A DNA stretch of 64,000 nt, taken from NCBI GenBank assembly GCA_950097015.1, contig CATNEN010000041.1:2480001-2544000 (forward strand), written 5' to 3'. The first letter of the stretch is position 1. The number at the start of each line of letters is the position of its first letter. The notes under the pieces are model-generated. The model was not told the DNA's origin. It made no database searches and was given only the letters and a program-made list of their open reading frames with translations. The translations under genes and the position numbers were made by a program. Origin of the DNA: Macrostomum hystrix (taxonomy: Eukaryota; Animalia; Platyhelminthes). Positions 11,182 through 23,454 of this stretch are shown in pieces.

Positions 11182-13414
11182 TGCGCAACTGAAAGTGCAA
11201 CTGACTGTTCACTCGTAATTAGGTTTTCGGACTGAAGCTTTGGCTATGCTAGCTGTGTTGTGGTTAAGGGATTAAAATATACGTACCTCTTGAAACTTAA
11301 CGCTGCTTTTGTCTTCTCCTTTCTTTGGGCCGTTGATACGTTACATAGGTTCGATACTTTGATATGATACGTTATGTTACATTTTTGTCGAAGTTACTTC
11401 CGCAAATGTTTAAAAACAGATACAAAACTACAACTGTATACGTACTCAACGCTTACGACCAGGTGTCCTTTGAAGGCATGCAGTGACCATAGCGTATCAT
11501 CAGTGGGATGACATGAATATGACCGAGGAGTCGCCCCGAGGAAGGCGTTTGTTCATGCCTTCAAACGGAGTGGATTGGTGGGGCACCTAGCGCAAAACGG
11601 CAGGTCCTGCCTTGCCACCGGCAGAGCCGCCGTCAGGTTGCCCTGGGTGCTTGTTGCGCCAGCCCAGACGAGGCTTGCGTGCGTGGTAGACGCGGTCTGA
11701 TGATCGTAGTGAAAATCCACCAAAGACTCTTGGGTTTGAGCCCCCACAAAGTACCCACAGCGCGCCTGATCTGGGCCAGGATTGCCAAGGTTTTTTTTAA
11801 CTTTGGCTTCATTTGGCCTAAATAACATCAGGCTAAATGTAGTCATGTGTGTATTTAATTTTTTTATGAAAGAAAGAGTTATATATTTTCCAATGTGTCA
11901 TTTTACTGCTTAACGATTATCCGATTATAACGATTGTAGTTGAACTAGCTTATTCCCGTTTTTAAGTGTGTGGTTTCGAGGAATTGTGTAAATGGATAAG
12001 TGAGAAGGTTGAAAGATATTTGAAAATTATTTATATAGCTTTTTGATAACCCATAAAGTAAAATTATACATAGTTTTAGTAGTTACTATTTCTTCGGATA
12101 ATAATCAACTTGCTCAAAACTAGAGCACAAATCGACATACGAACATTTAAATTATTAATAACCAGTATGTCTAGTGTAGGATGTAGTTAGAGCGCTGTAG
12201 TCTAAGATTTGTTATTTTTTAAGAAAAAATCTGTTGAGGAATATTTACAAGCATCATTCACAGGCTTCTTAAAAATAAAATTTGAAAATGTTTTTAGCAG
12301 ATATGCAGCTAAGACTAACCCTATTGGCTATCATTGCTGTCCTTAAATTTAATTGCAATATATCAGAGAACTAAAAGTTTATATTATATTCTTACTTATG
12401 TAGGGCCCAGCTACATATATTTATTTATAGATATTTGGCTAGCTATAGCTAATTTTGATTGTTATCTAGTTATTTTTTAGATATAAAGTTTTACTCTGTG
12501 TCTTATTGTTATGAAAATTAATCATACAAGGCATTTTTTACTTTCTATGTATGGTGTGCTTGCTTTTATCTTATTGCACAGTAGCAATTGACTCTGGAGT
12601 TTTACTTTAGCTACTAATTGCATTATACATTTGATAATAAGAATTGAATCACTATATACACCAATATCAAATGCTTAGTAGTAATATAGATAGCTTGAAT
12701 ATTTGGTTTATTGAATGCTAGTTCATATTGGTCTTTGCTTAGAATAACCTGTTATCTTAGGCCTATGGGATTGTCAAAAAATCAGAACCAATGAAGTTAG
12801 CTAATAAACATTATATTTTATAGTGTAGGTGCAATGAATTTTTTAGTCACATATATATAGGTGCCAAGATTTACTAAATAAACAGTTATGGTATTCTTTT
12901 TGAATCATTTGTTAAACAGTTTTTCTGAAAATGTTCATTTTAAATCAATGTAACGACTTGAATTTTTTAAAAATTTATAAAGGTTGCTTTTTTGCACTTT
13001 TTAAGGCTGCTTCTGGGGTTCTGAGGAACTTGTCTATGGCAAATGTTCAGAGTGGGAGGAAATAAAAGCAAAATGGTTGACATGCTTGGGAGTTTTCAAA
13101 AGGGATGAGCTGGTTAGTGGGAGAGGAAGTATTGGTTTTTGTATGCTAAGTGAGACTTTTTTCAAGCAATCTAAGACTGAATAGCAAAAACACTATTGTC
13201 TATGGCCACCCCTCACTGCAGCCTAGCTTTTTGGGCATGCGCCTTGCAAGCAAAGTGAGAATTTTTTTAACACTTAGTGAGAACCATATTGAAAACAAAG
13301 GGGTAGTTTTACGAAATTACAAAATGTACTGTCAGAAACAATATATTTGGAAAAGGATATGCAGGAACACAACAAAACAAGTGGTACAAAAATTGTTGAT
13401 AATGTTATAGGCAT

Positions 13415-14708
13415 TCAAATAAAAGGTTGCATGTTGATACACTGAGCAAACTTTCGAGTGCAGTAAAGCTCCCAGCCTGCAATCTTGTGCGGAGTAATGA
13501 CATGCAGCGATTCTCTTCCAAGCCAATCCATCAGCATGTATTGCCAATCATCTCGTTCCTTAGCTGCAATTGTGGGCTCAACAAGGCAACGCTTGATCTC
13601 ACTCTTAAGAGCACTGTGCGCCATCTCCACAGGATTCAAAAATGGCAAGTATGCCAGTAAAATTTGCAGACAAATGAGATCCTCAAACTGCTCAGGTATC
13701 TCAATCCCTTGGTGAAAATCTGGACCATCGAAAATGACTTGTCTGCTGCTAGGAGCATTGGCCTGTATGATGTTCGCCAGTTCCAAAATAAACTGCTGAA
13801 ATCTCTCTCGTGTCTGACCACCTCGCTGCAGCGTACAGTGGACAAGACCCAAGTCAGATGACACTGCCAAGCACATTGTCATGTTGGGACCCCTCTGCAT
13901 TACCACAGTTTGTCGCACAGGCTGGCCAACTCTTGCTCGACCATGTGTCCTTCTTGTCTATAGGTTGTAGGCAGTCTCATTGATAAACACAGCCAGGTCA
14001 TCATACATGCTCAACACCCGGCCGGGTAAAATGAGGCCAAGCAAGGTAAGTTGCAAAAACCAATTGACCAAGCGCAAAAAAATCAAAGGGGGGGACCAAG
14101 GGACAAAAAAGGAAGGCGTGAAGAAAAGGAAAAAGGGGAGAGAAAAAGAGAGCAAATGAGAGCAAACTAAGTCGTAAATAGAGCAAAAACTAAGTTGCAC
14201 GGCCGGCTAAGATTTAGGAGGTTGCGCATGTATGCAGGTCATTCACAGGCAGTCCCGTCATCATCATAGCATCTAGTCGCGCCTCACTTGTATCACATCC
14301 TGGGTATTCGCAGCAAGCTTCACGTTGGCATCCTTGGTGGCAACTTTCAGTGAGATAAGCATGGAGTTCATTGCTCTAGCAATGGTGGATTCAGAGATAG
14401 CCGGCTTTTGTGGCAACTCCAAAGTCAGTTTTCTCTGCACATCAGTCAGAGTAACAGGGATTTTGCTCAACTATCTGCTCAACGGCTTTCTGCATTTCAG
14501 CATCCATTTTTGTTGACCCCGGCTTGCAGCCACCATGTTGCAACGCATGGATCTCACCAGTAGCTGCATAGCGACTCCATATCTGATAGGCAGTCTTCTT
14601 GTTCAGATTAAGGATTTTGGACGCAGTCAAAATTGATTAACCATCTTTGATGGCATTGACCAGGTGCTCTCTATCCTCGTTGCTTGTTAAACACAGTTGA
14701 TTTGCCAT
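13415..14708 (-). pseudogene. IS630/Tc1-like DDE transposase pseudogene (stops, frameshifts, MITE insertion)
   Basis: HTH-like N-terminus (ASKILNLNKKTAYQIWSRY; ISESTIARAM). After excising the MITE: VFINETAYNL*TRRTHGRA (FIDE-like), VIFDGPDFH (DNA.FH-like) and LAYLPFLNPVE (PYSP.LNPIE-like). Confidence 0.85.
14002..14234. mobile_element. hAT-type MITE, copy 2 (233 bp), inserted in the transposase
   Basis: TIRs CATACATGC/GCATGTATG; perfect 8-bp TSD CAGGTCAT at 13994-14001 and 14235-14242. Confidence 0.9.
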
Positions 14709-15070
14709 AGCACAGCCTTTGTTTTCAATATGGTTCTCTATGCAGCGAGTGGTGGCCATAGACAATAGTGTTTTTGCTATTCAGTCTCAGATTGCTTAAA
14801 AAAAGTCTCACTTAGCATGCAAAAACCATTGTAACACGCAATGCGGTGCATTAAAGGTTAGACAGCGTGCGTGTAACGCAAGCAGTCTATGGTAGAAGCT
14901 CAACCGCGCTAAGCGTTTTCATCATGCGTGTAACGCATTTAGCGTGCGTCTAACGCTACAAGCACAAAAACAGTTTATTTTGCCAGCCACTATATGGAGC
15001 GTGCGACCACAGGCTTGAGCGTGCATTTAACGCAAGTGTCTATGGCCCAGCTAGCATATTACAATGCAAC

Positions 15071-15125
15071 TAATATATCGCCGCTTTGAACTTTAACGGT
15101 CTCAGCACTCAGCGGCGATATATTA
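15071..15125. repeat. Perfect 15-bp inverted repeat with a 25-nt loop
   Basis: TAATATATCGCCGCT ... AGCGGCGATATATTA. Confidence 0.7.
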
Positions 15126-15916
15126 ATCCTACAATATAACTCCTCTGCTAATTCTGCTAGTTCTGCTAACACACTACTAATTTTCTACCATTAACTAACA
15201 CACTTAAAGTCTACTAACACCATGCTTGGAGGCCACCCAGCAATACCACCATTTGTTAGATCCAAACTCACTTATTATTATTATTCCTGCTCAATTTAGA
15301 CATGTAATCCTGCAGAATTTGGACACAACTTTTGACAATCATCATATAATTGTTTCTGATTGTTTCATCATTTCCCATTGTTTCAAAATGATTTCCCAGT
15401 GATTTTGCATCAATTTGAAATGAAAATTTTCAGAAAAACAGTTCAACAAACAATTAGAAAAGAATGCCACAGTTTAAAATGTTAAATTGAAAAGTAGCTA
15501 TTATATTAAATTTAAAATAAAGTTAATAACTTACCTTATACTTTTGTAATAACTAGAGCAATAAAGTAGGTCTATTTTAGAAGTTTAGGGTTTTAGTCAA
15601 AGTTTGTTCTTTAATTTATTTATAACTCTAACTTATATACCTTATGCATGTTAAACACAAATGTAACAGTTTTTTAAATAATAGTAAAGCTAATATTTTA
15701 ATCTGTATTTTTACTTACACCTATAGTGCTATATGTATATAAAGTTAATGTAAATTAGAATTTAATAATCTTTTTTTCCATGCCCTATGTATTCTAGGCA
15801 TCATGTTTTTGTAAATAAAAAAATGTTTTCAGTTTTCAGAGAGCTTTGCAAAAAAATGCTGACAATGTTGTTGACAATTTAGAAGAGCAAATTACAAGAT
15901 CTGCCCTAGTCACAGA

Positions 15917-18900
15917 ATGGCTGAAACTCACACTATTCTGCTACTGTGCAAAGGCCTCATTCAGATCTCTCTGTTCTTTGGTAAGAGTTTGAGATTACGT
16001 TGTGCATAGTCTTACTTTTGTTGGTTTAAAATAGATTTCAGTGCCCTGAAAAATTCACTTTCAATTGCAGCGAGCCTCATTCGTTACAATGTATTCTCAT
16101 TTGTCTACCTGCTGTTTCTGCTTGTCAGCCCATTCGCTTCATTTGATAACAGAGGCAAGTATATGGTTTGAGTGTACCATTGGAGTATCTGGGATTGAGT
16201 ACACATTGAGACCATTGCAGAATCTGGGATTGAGTACTCAGTGAGACCATTGGAGTATCTGGGAATGAGTACACAGTGAGACCATTGGATTATCTGGGAA
16301 TGAGTACACAGTGAGGTCATTGGAGAGTCTGGGAATGAGTACACATTGAGAACATTGCAGAATCTGGGATTGAGTACTCAGTTAGAGTGGTTTGGATTGA
16401 GTATCCGTCTTCTACAAACTTGCAGGCTGTTTCTTGGCCTTCATCATCGCCCTGGTTGCCTGCAGCTCAGCTTTCACCCTGTGCCACGTGGCCTTCCAAA
16501 CAGTGCTGGCTGCCCACCAGCCCTACGGCAGCCTCCTGTCGGACTGTGAGTAAATCAGAGGCTTCATGGTCTCTCTGTTATCTCTGAATCTAATTGACAT
16601 CAGCATCTATTCCACAATTCTCCCTATTCCTGTCACTACTTTCCCTATCCCGCTATCCTGTATCTATTCGAACACCTCAATCCCACTATCTATATCCACG
16701 CTATCCCTATCCACGCTAGCCGATCCCCAGAATCCCTTATGCCTCGCTAAACCCATCCCAACATCTCTATCCTGCTCTCCCATCGGATGTGCACAATGCG
16801 CATGCGCAAGTGCTCAAGCAGCTCACCGCCTTGCATCCAATGCCGCAGGTGAGTCGGACCTGCTGTGGCGCCAGATCGGTCTGCAGCCGCTCCACCGGGC
16901 TGAGTTCTACCACATCGCCCGGCTGCTGTGCCCGGAGCCGCTGACGCTGCTGGTCTCAGTCGGCATGCTCGCCGCCATCTGGCGCCACCGGGACGAATTC
17001 TTCCCGGCCGCCGTTGGCGACGCCTGCCCCGACTGCGGCGTCCTGGACGGCTACCGGCGTAATCTCAAGCGAATGGGCGACTGGCTGATGTTCGTGCTGT
17101 TTCTGGCGCTCATGTGCTCGGCCGCCATCTGCCTGCCCTGCCTGCTGTCCAGCGTCTACCTGTTGTCCTTCCTGCTGGCCGCGCTGCTCTGGACCGCCGG
17201 CCGGCTGGACTTCCGTCGGCGCGGCCTTCGCTGGCAGCGGCGCTGGCTGGCCCTGTACACGGCCTGCCACCTGGCCTGCATCTTCCTGTACCAGTTCCCG
17301 GCGTCGCAGAAATTTGAAAGACTCAGAGCGAACTCAACGGCTGCCAGGTGAGAATTTGGTGGAGAGCCAGGGAGCCTGGCCGCAGTTTGACTGTGTGAAT
17401 GACCATAAGAATGAGCAGGATAATGACCATAAGAATGAGCAGGATAATGACCATAAGAATGAGCAGGATAATGACCATAAGAGTGAGCAGGATAATGAAC
17501 ATAAGAATGAGCAGGATAATGACCATAAGAATGAGCAGGATAATGACCATAAGAATGAGCAGGATAATGACCATAAGAGTGAGCAGGATAATGAACATAA
17601 GAATGAGCAGGATAATGACCATAAGAATGAGCAGGATAATGACCATAAGAGTGAGCAGGATAATGAACATAAGAGTGAGCAGGATAATGAACATAAGAAT
17701 GAGCAGGATAATGATAATATGAATAAGCAGGATAATCACCATAAGAATGAGCAGGATAATGACCATAAGAGTGAGCAGGATAATGACCATAAGAGTGAGC
17801 AGGATAATGACCACAAGAATGAGCAGGATAATGACCATAAGAATGAGCAGGATAATGACCATAAGAGTGAGCAGGATAATGAACATAAGAATGAGCAGGA
17901 TAATGACCATAAGAATGAGCAGGATAATGACCATAAGAATGAGCAGGATAATGACCATAAGAGTGAGCAGGATAATGAACATAAGAATGAGCAGGATAAT
18001 GACCATAAGAATGAGCAGGATAATGACCATAAGAGTGAGCAGGATAATGAACATAAGAGTGAGCAGGATAATGAACATAAGAATGAGCAGGATAATGATA
18101 ATATGAATAAGCAGGATAATCACCATAAGAATGAGCAGGATAATGACCATAAGAGTGAGCAGGATAATGACCATAAGAGTGAGCAGGATAATGACCACAA
18201 GAATGAGCAGGATAATGACCATAAGAATGAGCAGGATAATGACCATAAGAATGAGCAGGATAATGAACATAAGAATGAGCAGGATAATGACCATAAGAAT
18301 GAGCAGGATAATGACCATAAGAGTGAGCAGGATAATGAACATAAGAATGAGCAGGATAATGACCACAAGAATGAGCAGGATAATGACCATAAGAGTGAGC
18401 AGGATAATGAACATAAGAATGAGCAGGATAATGACCATAAGAATGAGCAGGATAATGACCACAAGAATGAGCTGGGGAGTAAGAATATGCAGGAGAATGA
18501 CCATATGTATGACCTGTTGAATGACTAGATAAATGACTATGTAAATGGCTTGATGTAGGACCAATTAAATGGCTTGATAAATGACTATTTAAATGGCTTG
18601 ATGAATGATCAATTTAAGTGGCCTAATGAATGACCAGGTAAATTGCTTTATAAATGCTTAATTGTGTGGCTTAATGAATGACCAGGTAAAAAGCTGGTAG
18701 AATAAAAAGGTAAATGGCTTTATGAACAACCCATTACGTGACTTTATGAATGACCAATTAAGTAGCTTAATGAATGTTCAGTTATATGGCTTGCTGAATG
18801 ACCAGGTAAATTGCTGATTGAGTGACTCTGGAAATGACTCAGTCCATGAGCACATAAACAACCCTGTTGTACACCGCAGGCTGCTGGGCCTGCACTACCT

Positions 18901-21900
18901 GATCCAGTCCAACTGTTCGTCTGCCCAGGTGCATTTTGCCAGCTCGGTGCGCAGCTCTGAGTACGCCTCGCCACTGCTCATCCTAGTCTTCTATTTCTAC
19001 CTGGCCCTGCAGATTCACCTGCACGATCGGCGGCCGCACAGGAGTGATGTGAGTGCAGTCTGTGACTGCCAGCTTGGCTTGTGTTCAGTAAACATATATC
19101 AGCCTGCTTGTTCAGCTGCTGCAGTTGCAACTATAAGATGCTTTAGCTTGATAGCACTGACTGTCAGCTGTAGCTGTGGCAGTGGGACTTGCTGCTTGTC
19201 TCCTCGCAGCAAAGATTCGAGTTTAAGGGTATTTTTGATAGACCAGCCTGCATTTGTTTCCGTTTTAATACAGCAGCTTTGAAACACGTGTGCAGCCTGT
19301 CGCTGCACTGTCGCTAAAACCAACCAAAATTATTTGTTATGGCTGCTGTAAAAACTGGGACTATACATTCATTCTAGACCAGAATAATTTGAATCCTTTC
19401 TGCATCAAACATGTACTTATAAACCTAACAGTTGCTATGCATATATTAACTGATCCCCAACAGTTGCCATGCATATATTAACTGATCCCCAACAGTTGCC
19501 ATGCAGATATTAACTGATCCCCAACAGTTGCCATGCAGATATTAACTGATCCCCAACAGTTGCCATGCAGATATTAACTGATCCCCAACAGTTGCCATGC
19601 AGATATTAACTGATCCCCAACAGTTGCCATGCAGATATTAACTGATCCCCAACAGTTGCTATGCAGATATTAACTTATCCCAAGCTACTTACATTGGACC
19701 TGTACTAACTCGTCGTGCAGGTGTTGTTTAATTAGACTTAGAGTTATTACTGGAGTAGTTACGTGCTAGCCGCCTGCTCTGTTGCCATGAGTAGTGCAGT
19801 GCTGTAGAACGCAGCCGCTGCGCTAGCAAGCACTAATACCAGTTTGTGTTTTTGTTCGTCTATCCGTTCCTGCATTGACAATCGTTGCACAAGAACTGAA
19901 CTCGCGTTCTGACCTTTTATGCCCTATTAAAATCCTTAAATAATAAAAATACGCCTCTGAGACACGAATGTCAGTGAGTCAGAGACACATGTCAGACACG
20001 GATGTCAGTGAGTCAGAGACACATGTCAGACACGGATGTCAGTGAGTCAGAGACACATGTCAGACACGGATGTCAGTGAGTCAGAGACACATGTCAGACA
20101 CGGATGTCAGTGAGTCAGACACATGTCGGACACGGATGTCAGTGAGTCAGTGACACATGTCAGACACGGATGTCAGTGAGTCAGAGACACATGTCGGACA
20201 CGGATGTCAGTGAGTCAGAGACACATGTCGGACACGGATGTCAGTGAGTCAGTGACACATGTCAGACACGGATGTCAGTGAGTCAGAGACACATGTCGGA
20301 CACGGATGTCAGTGAGTCAGAGACACATGTCGGACACGGATGTCAGTGAGTCAGTGACACATGTCGGACACGGATGTCAGTGAGTCAGTGACACATGTCA
20401 GACACGGATGTCAGTGAGTCAGAGACACATGTCAGACACGGATGTCAGTGAGTCAGTGTCACATGTCAGGCACAGAGAAGTCAAGGGACAGAGAGGGCCA
20501 GTGCCGAGCTTCTGCATTGCGTCAATACCTGCTCCCAGTATGCTTATGAGCTAATTAAAGTACTGCCAAGCATCTCCACCTGCTTTTCCTTCCACTCCGC
20601 TTCGCCTCCCAGTACAAAAGCATCCTGACTGTGGACATACCTCATGGGGACTTCAGCGCCAGCGAGCCCATGGTAAGATGCTCTGCGGTGACGGGCCGGC
20701 CTCCTTAACTGTGTTGCGGTATCTGACTGCTCTGTCACGGGTTTTACTTGGTTCTGCATGTCGTGCCGAATTTTTGTTTGCAGTTTGATTAAACTTTTAT
20801 TGATTCATAACTTCATATCTATTTGAATTTGCTGAAAATATGAAGCTCGATTTAGCATTGATCTGTTCTCTTAGTTTAACTGTTACCTGCACTATGTGAG
20901 CTGGACTATTAACTGTAACCTGTCACTCTCATTGACACATTGACTCTCACCAGTCACTCTCATTGACACATTGACTCTCACCAGTCACTCTCATTGACAC
21001 ATTGACTCTCACCAGTCACTCTCATTGACACATTGACTCTCACCAGTCACTCTAATTGACACATTGACCTCACCAGTCACTCTCATTGACACATTGACCT
21101 CACCAGTCACTCTTATTGACAAATTGACTCTCACCAGTCACTCTTATTGACAAATTGACTCTCACCAGTCACTCTTATTGACAAATTGACTCTCACCAGT
21201 CACTCTTATTGACACATTGACTCTCACCAATCACTCTCATTGACACATTGACTCTCACCAGTCACTCTCATTGACACATTGACTCTCACCAGTCACTCTC
21301 ATTGACAATGCCCTCTCGCGAATGCCGCCGATTTGATTCCAGAGCCCCGGAGCCCACTGTCACAGTGCCGGCTTCAAGCAGCCGCAGCTGCACTCGCATC
21401 CCGCACATCCGCCGGAGGTCTGTCTTGTGCGCCTTTGTTGTCAGTGGCAACCAAACCCATCACTTTTATTGTGCTCGCAGCCTTCCCGCCAGCTAGCATC
21501 TAGAACTGTGTTTGCTTATTGTGCCCCTGCTTTTGTGTTTTCTTAATTTTTTCAGGGCTAGCTGATGCCATATCCCAAAACTTCCCAAGTCTGCACAATT
21601 CACTACTTCCCTCCTTCACTTCCCGGTTTAAAATCTTCCGATCCGCTTTTTAATATGCACATTAAAAAATTCCCTCTTTTAAAATCTTCCCACCCAAAAC
21701 TCCCCACTTTATTATCCTCCAACCCAAAACTCCCCACTTTTTATATTCCAACCCAAAACTCCCCACTTTTTTATATTCCAACCCAAAACTCCCCACTTTT
21801 TATATTCCAACCCAAAACTCCCCACTTTTTATATTCCAACCCAAAACTCCCCACTTTTTATATTCCAACCCAAAACTCCCCACTTTTTTATATTCCAACC

Positions 21901-23289
21901 CAAAACTCCCCACTTTTTTATATTCCAACCCAAAACTCCCCACTTTTTTATATTCCAACCCAAAACTCCCCACTTTTTTATATTCCAACCCAAAACTCCC
22001 CACTTTTTTATATTCCAACCCAAAACTCCCCACTTTTTTATATTCCAACCCAAAACTCCCCACTTTTTATATTCCAACCCAAAACTCCCCACTTTTTATA
22101 TTCCAACCCAAAACTCCCCACTTTTTATATTCCAACCCAAAACTCCCCACTTTTTATATTCCAACCCAAAACTCCCCACTTTTTATATTCCAACCCAAAA
22201 CTCCCCACTTTTTTATATTCCAACCCAAAACTCCCCACTTTTTTATATTCCAACCCAAATCTCCCCACTTTTTTATATTCCAACCCAAAACTCCCCACTT
22301 TTTTATATTCCAACCCGAAAATTCTCCTTTTAAATGTTCTCATCCGAAACTTCCTACCCGAAATTTCCCCATTCTCTAATATTCCCAGCCGAAACTTCCC
22401 CTTTTAAAACTTTCCACCCAAAGCTCCCCCTTTTTAATCTTCCCACTCGAATCTGCCACCATGAGCTTCCTAATTTACGTAGCGTCGCCCATACTGTGTT
22501 GGTTATCCCAAGATACCTAGTCCTGTTGTTTTTTATTAACCACACCGAAACTTACAAGTAATTCAGTAACTAACAGACAAAATCTGTGTGGTTCAGTGTA
22601 TCAGGTCAGTGTATAGCACCAATTGTTGTTGCAACCGCTTCAGTGTCTTTGTAAAGTGCTCACATAGCGTTAACATTTTGTTAAACTTGCTTCTAAAATC
22701 AGAAAATTTCCGTTAGTGTAAATCAATAGAATTTAATGACTCAGTGCACGTTTCATATTGCTGCTGTGACCTGTGTCTGGGCCATGAAATAATGAAAGTA
22801 ATTAGCACCTGCCGATTATTATTATTATTATTGATTACTCACAATCGACTCACAAGCGTCTGTGCACCGTTGCTAAGCAACCAGTGCCGGGCCACTAACC
22901 CCTAAACCATGCCGCACCGCTGTTGTGCAACTTGCAGCTCTGTAGGAGAGTTCAAGCTCGGGCGCGGAAGCATTCCGTGAGTAGCCAGCCACCCACCTCA
23001 CTCCGCTGCGGCCTGATTGGCTGTTGCTCACCCATTGGTTTGCTTTTCACCAAATTCTTCCTACATTGTCTTGCAAACTTGAGTTTTTTGCCGGTAATAG
23101 GGGCTAGTAGAAACTGCTAATTGATGATACTGGATAAACAGTTCACCTTGATGCTCTTGGATACTATTCCTTTGTAAATGTTTAATTCTTACACATATAC
23201 CTGTTTGCTTGTGTTCCTTGTGCCTGGATTGAGCAAAAGACAAAAAGCTGTGTCTATGCTGTGTATATATGCTGTTTTTTGTCAGTCCC

Positions 23290-23326
<37 letters not shown>

Positions 23327-23341
23327 GCCTGTCTGTCTGCC

Positions 23342-23414
<73 letters not shown>

Positions 23415-23417
23415 GCC

Positions 23418-23454
<37 letters not shown>

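Larger units (their letters stand above)
13132..14831 (-). mobile_element. Decayed Tc1/mariner-IS630-like DNA transposon with ~80-bp TIRs
   Basis: 13132-13210 and 14751-14831 are inverted repeats, with an additional inner IR at 13279-13301 / 14716-14738; TA at the flanks; contains a transposase remnant. Confidence 0.85.

Noticed and set aside
11690-11735. CTGATGA...GAAA resembling a hammerhead ribozyme core
   Set aside because: No convincing stem II or stem III pairing and no NUH cleavage site could be built.
15856-15882. 8-codon uORF before the PIEZO ATG
   Set aside because: Short uORFs are common, and the transcript 5' end is unknown.
17314-18564. 404-aa EQDNDHKN ORF and 413-aa hydrophobic antisense ORF
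   Set aside because: They lie in PIEZO intron 4 between valid donor and acceptor sites; a 24-bp unit is stop-free in some frames by chance.
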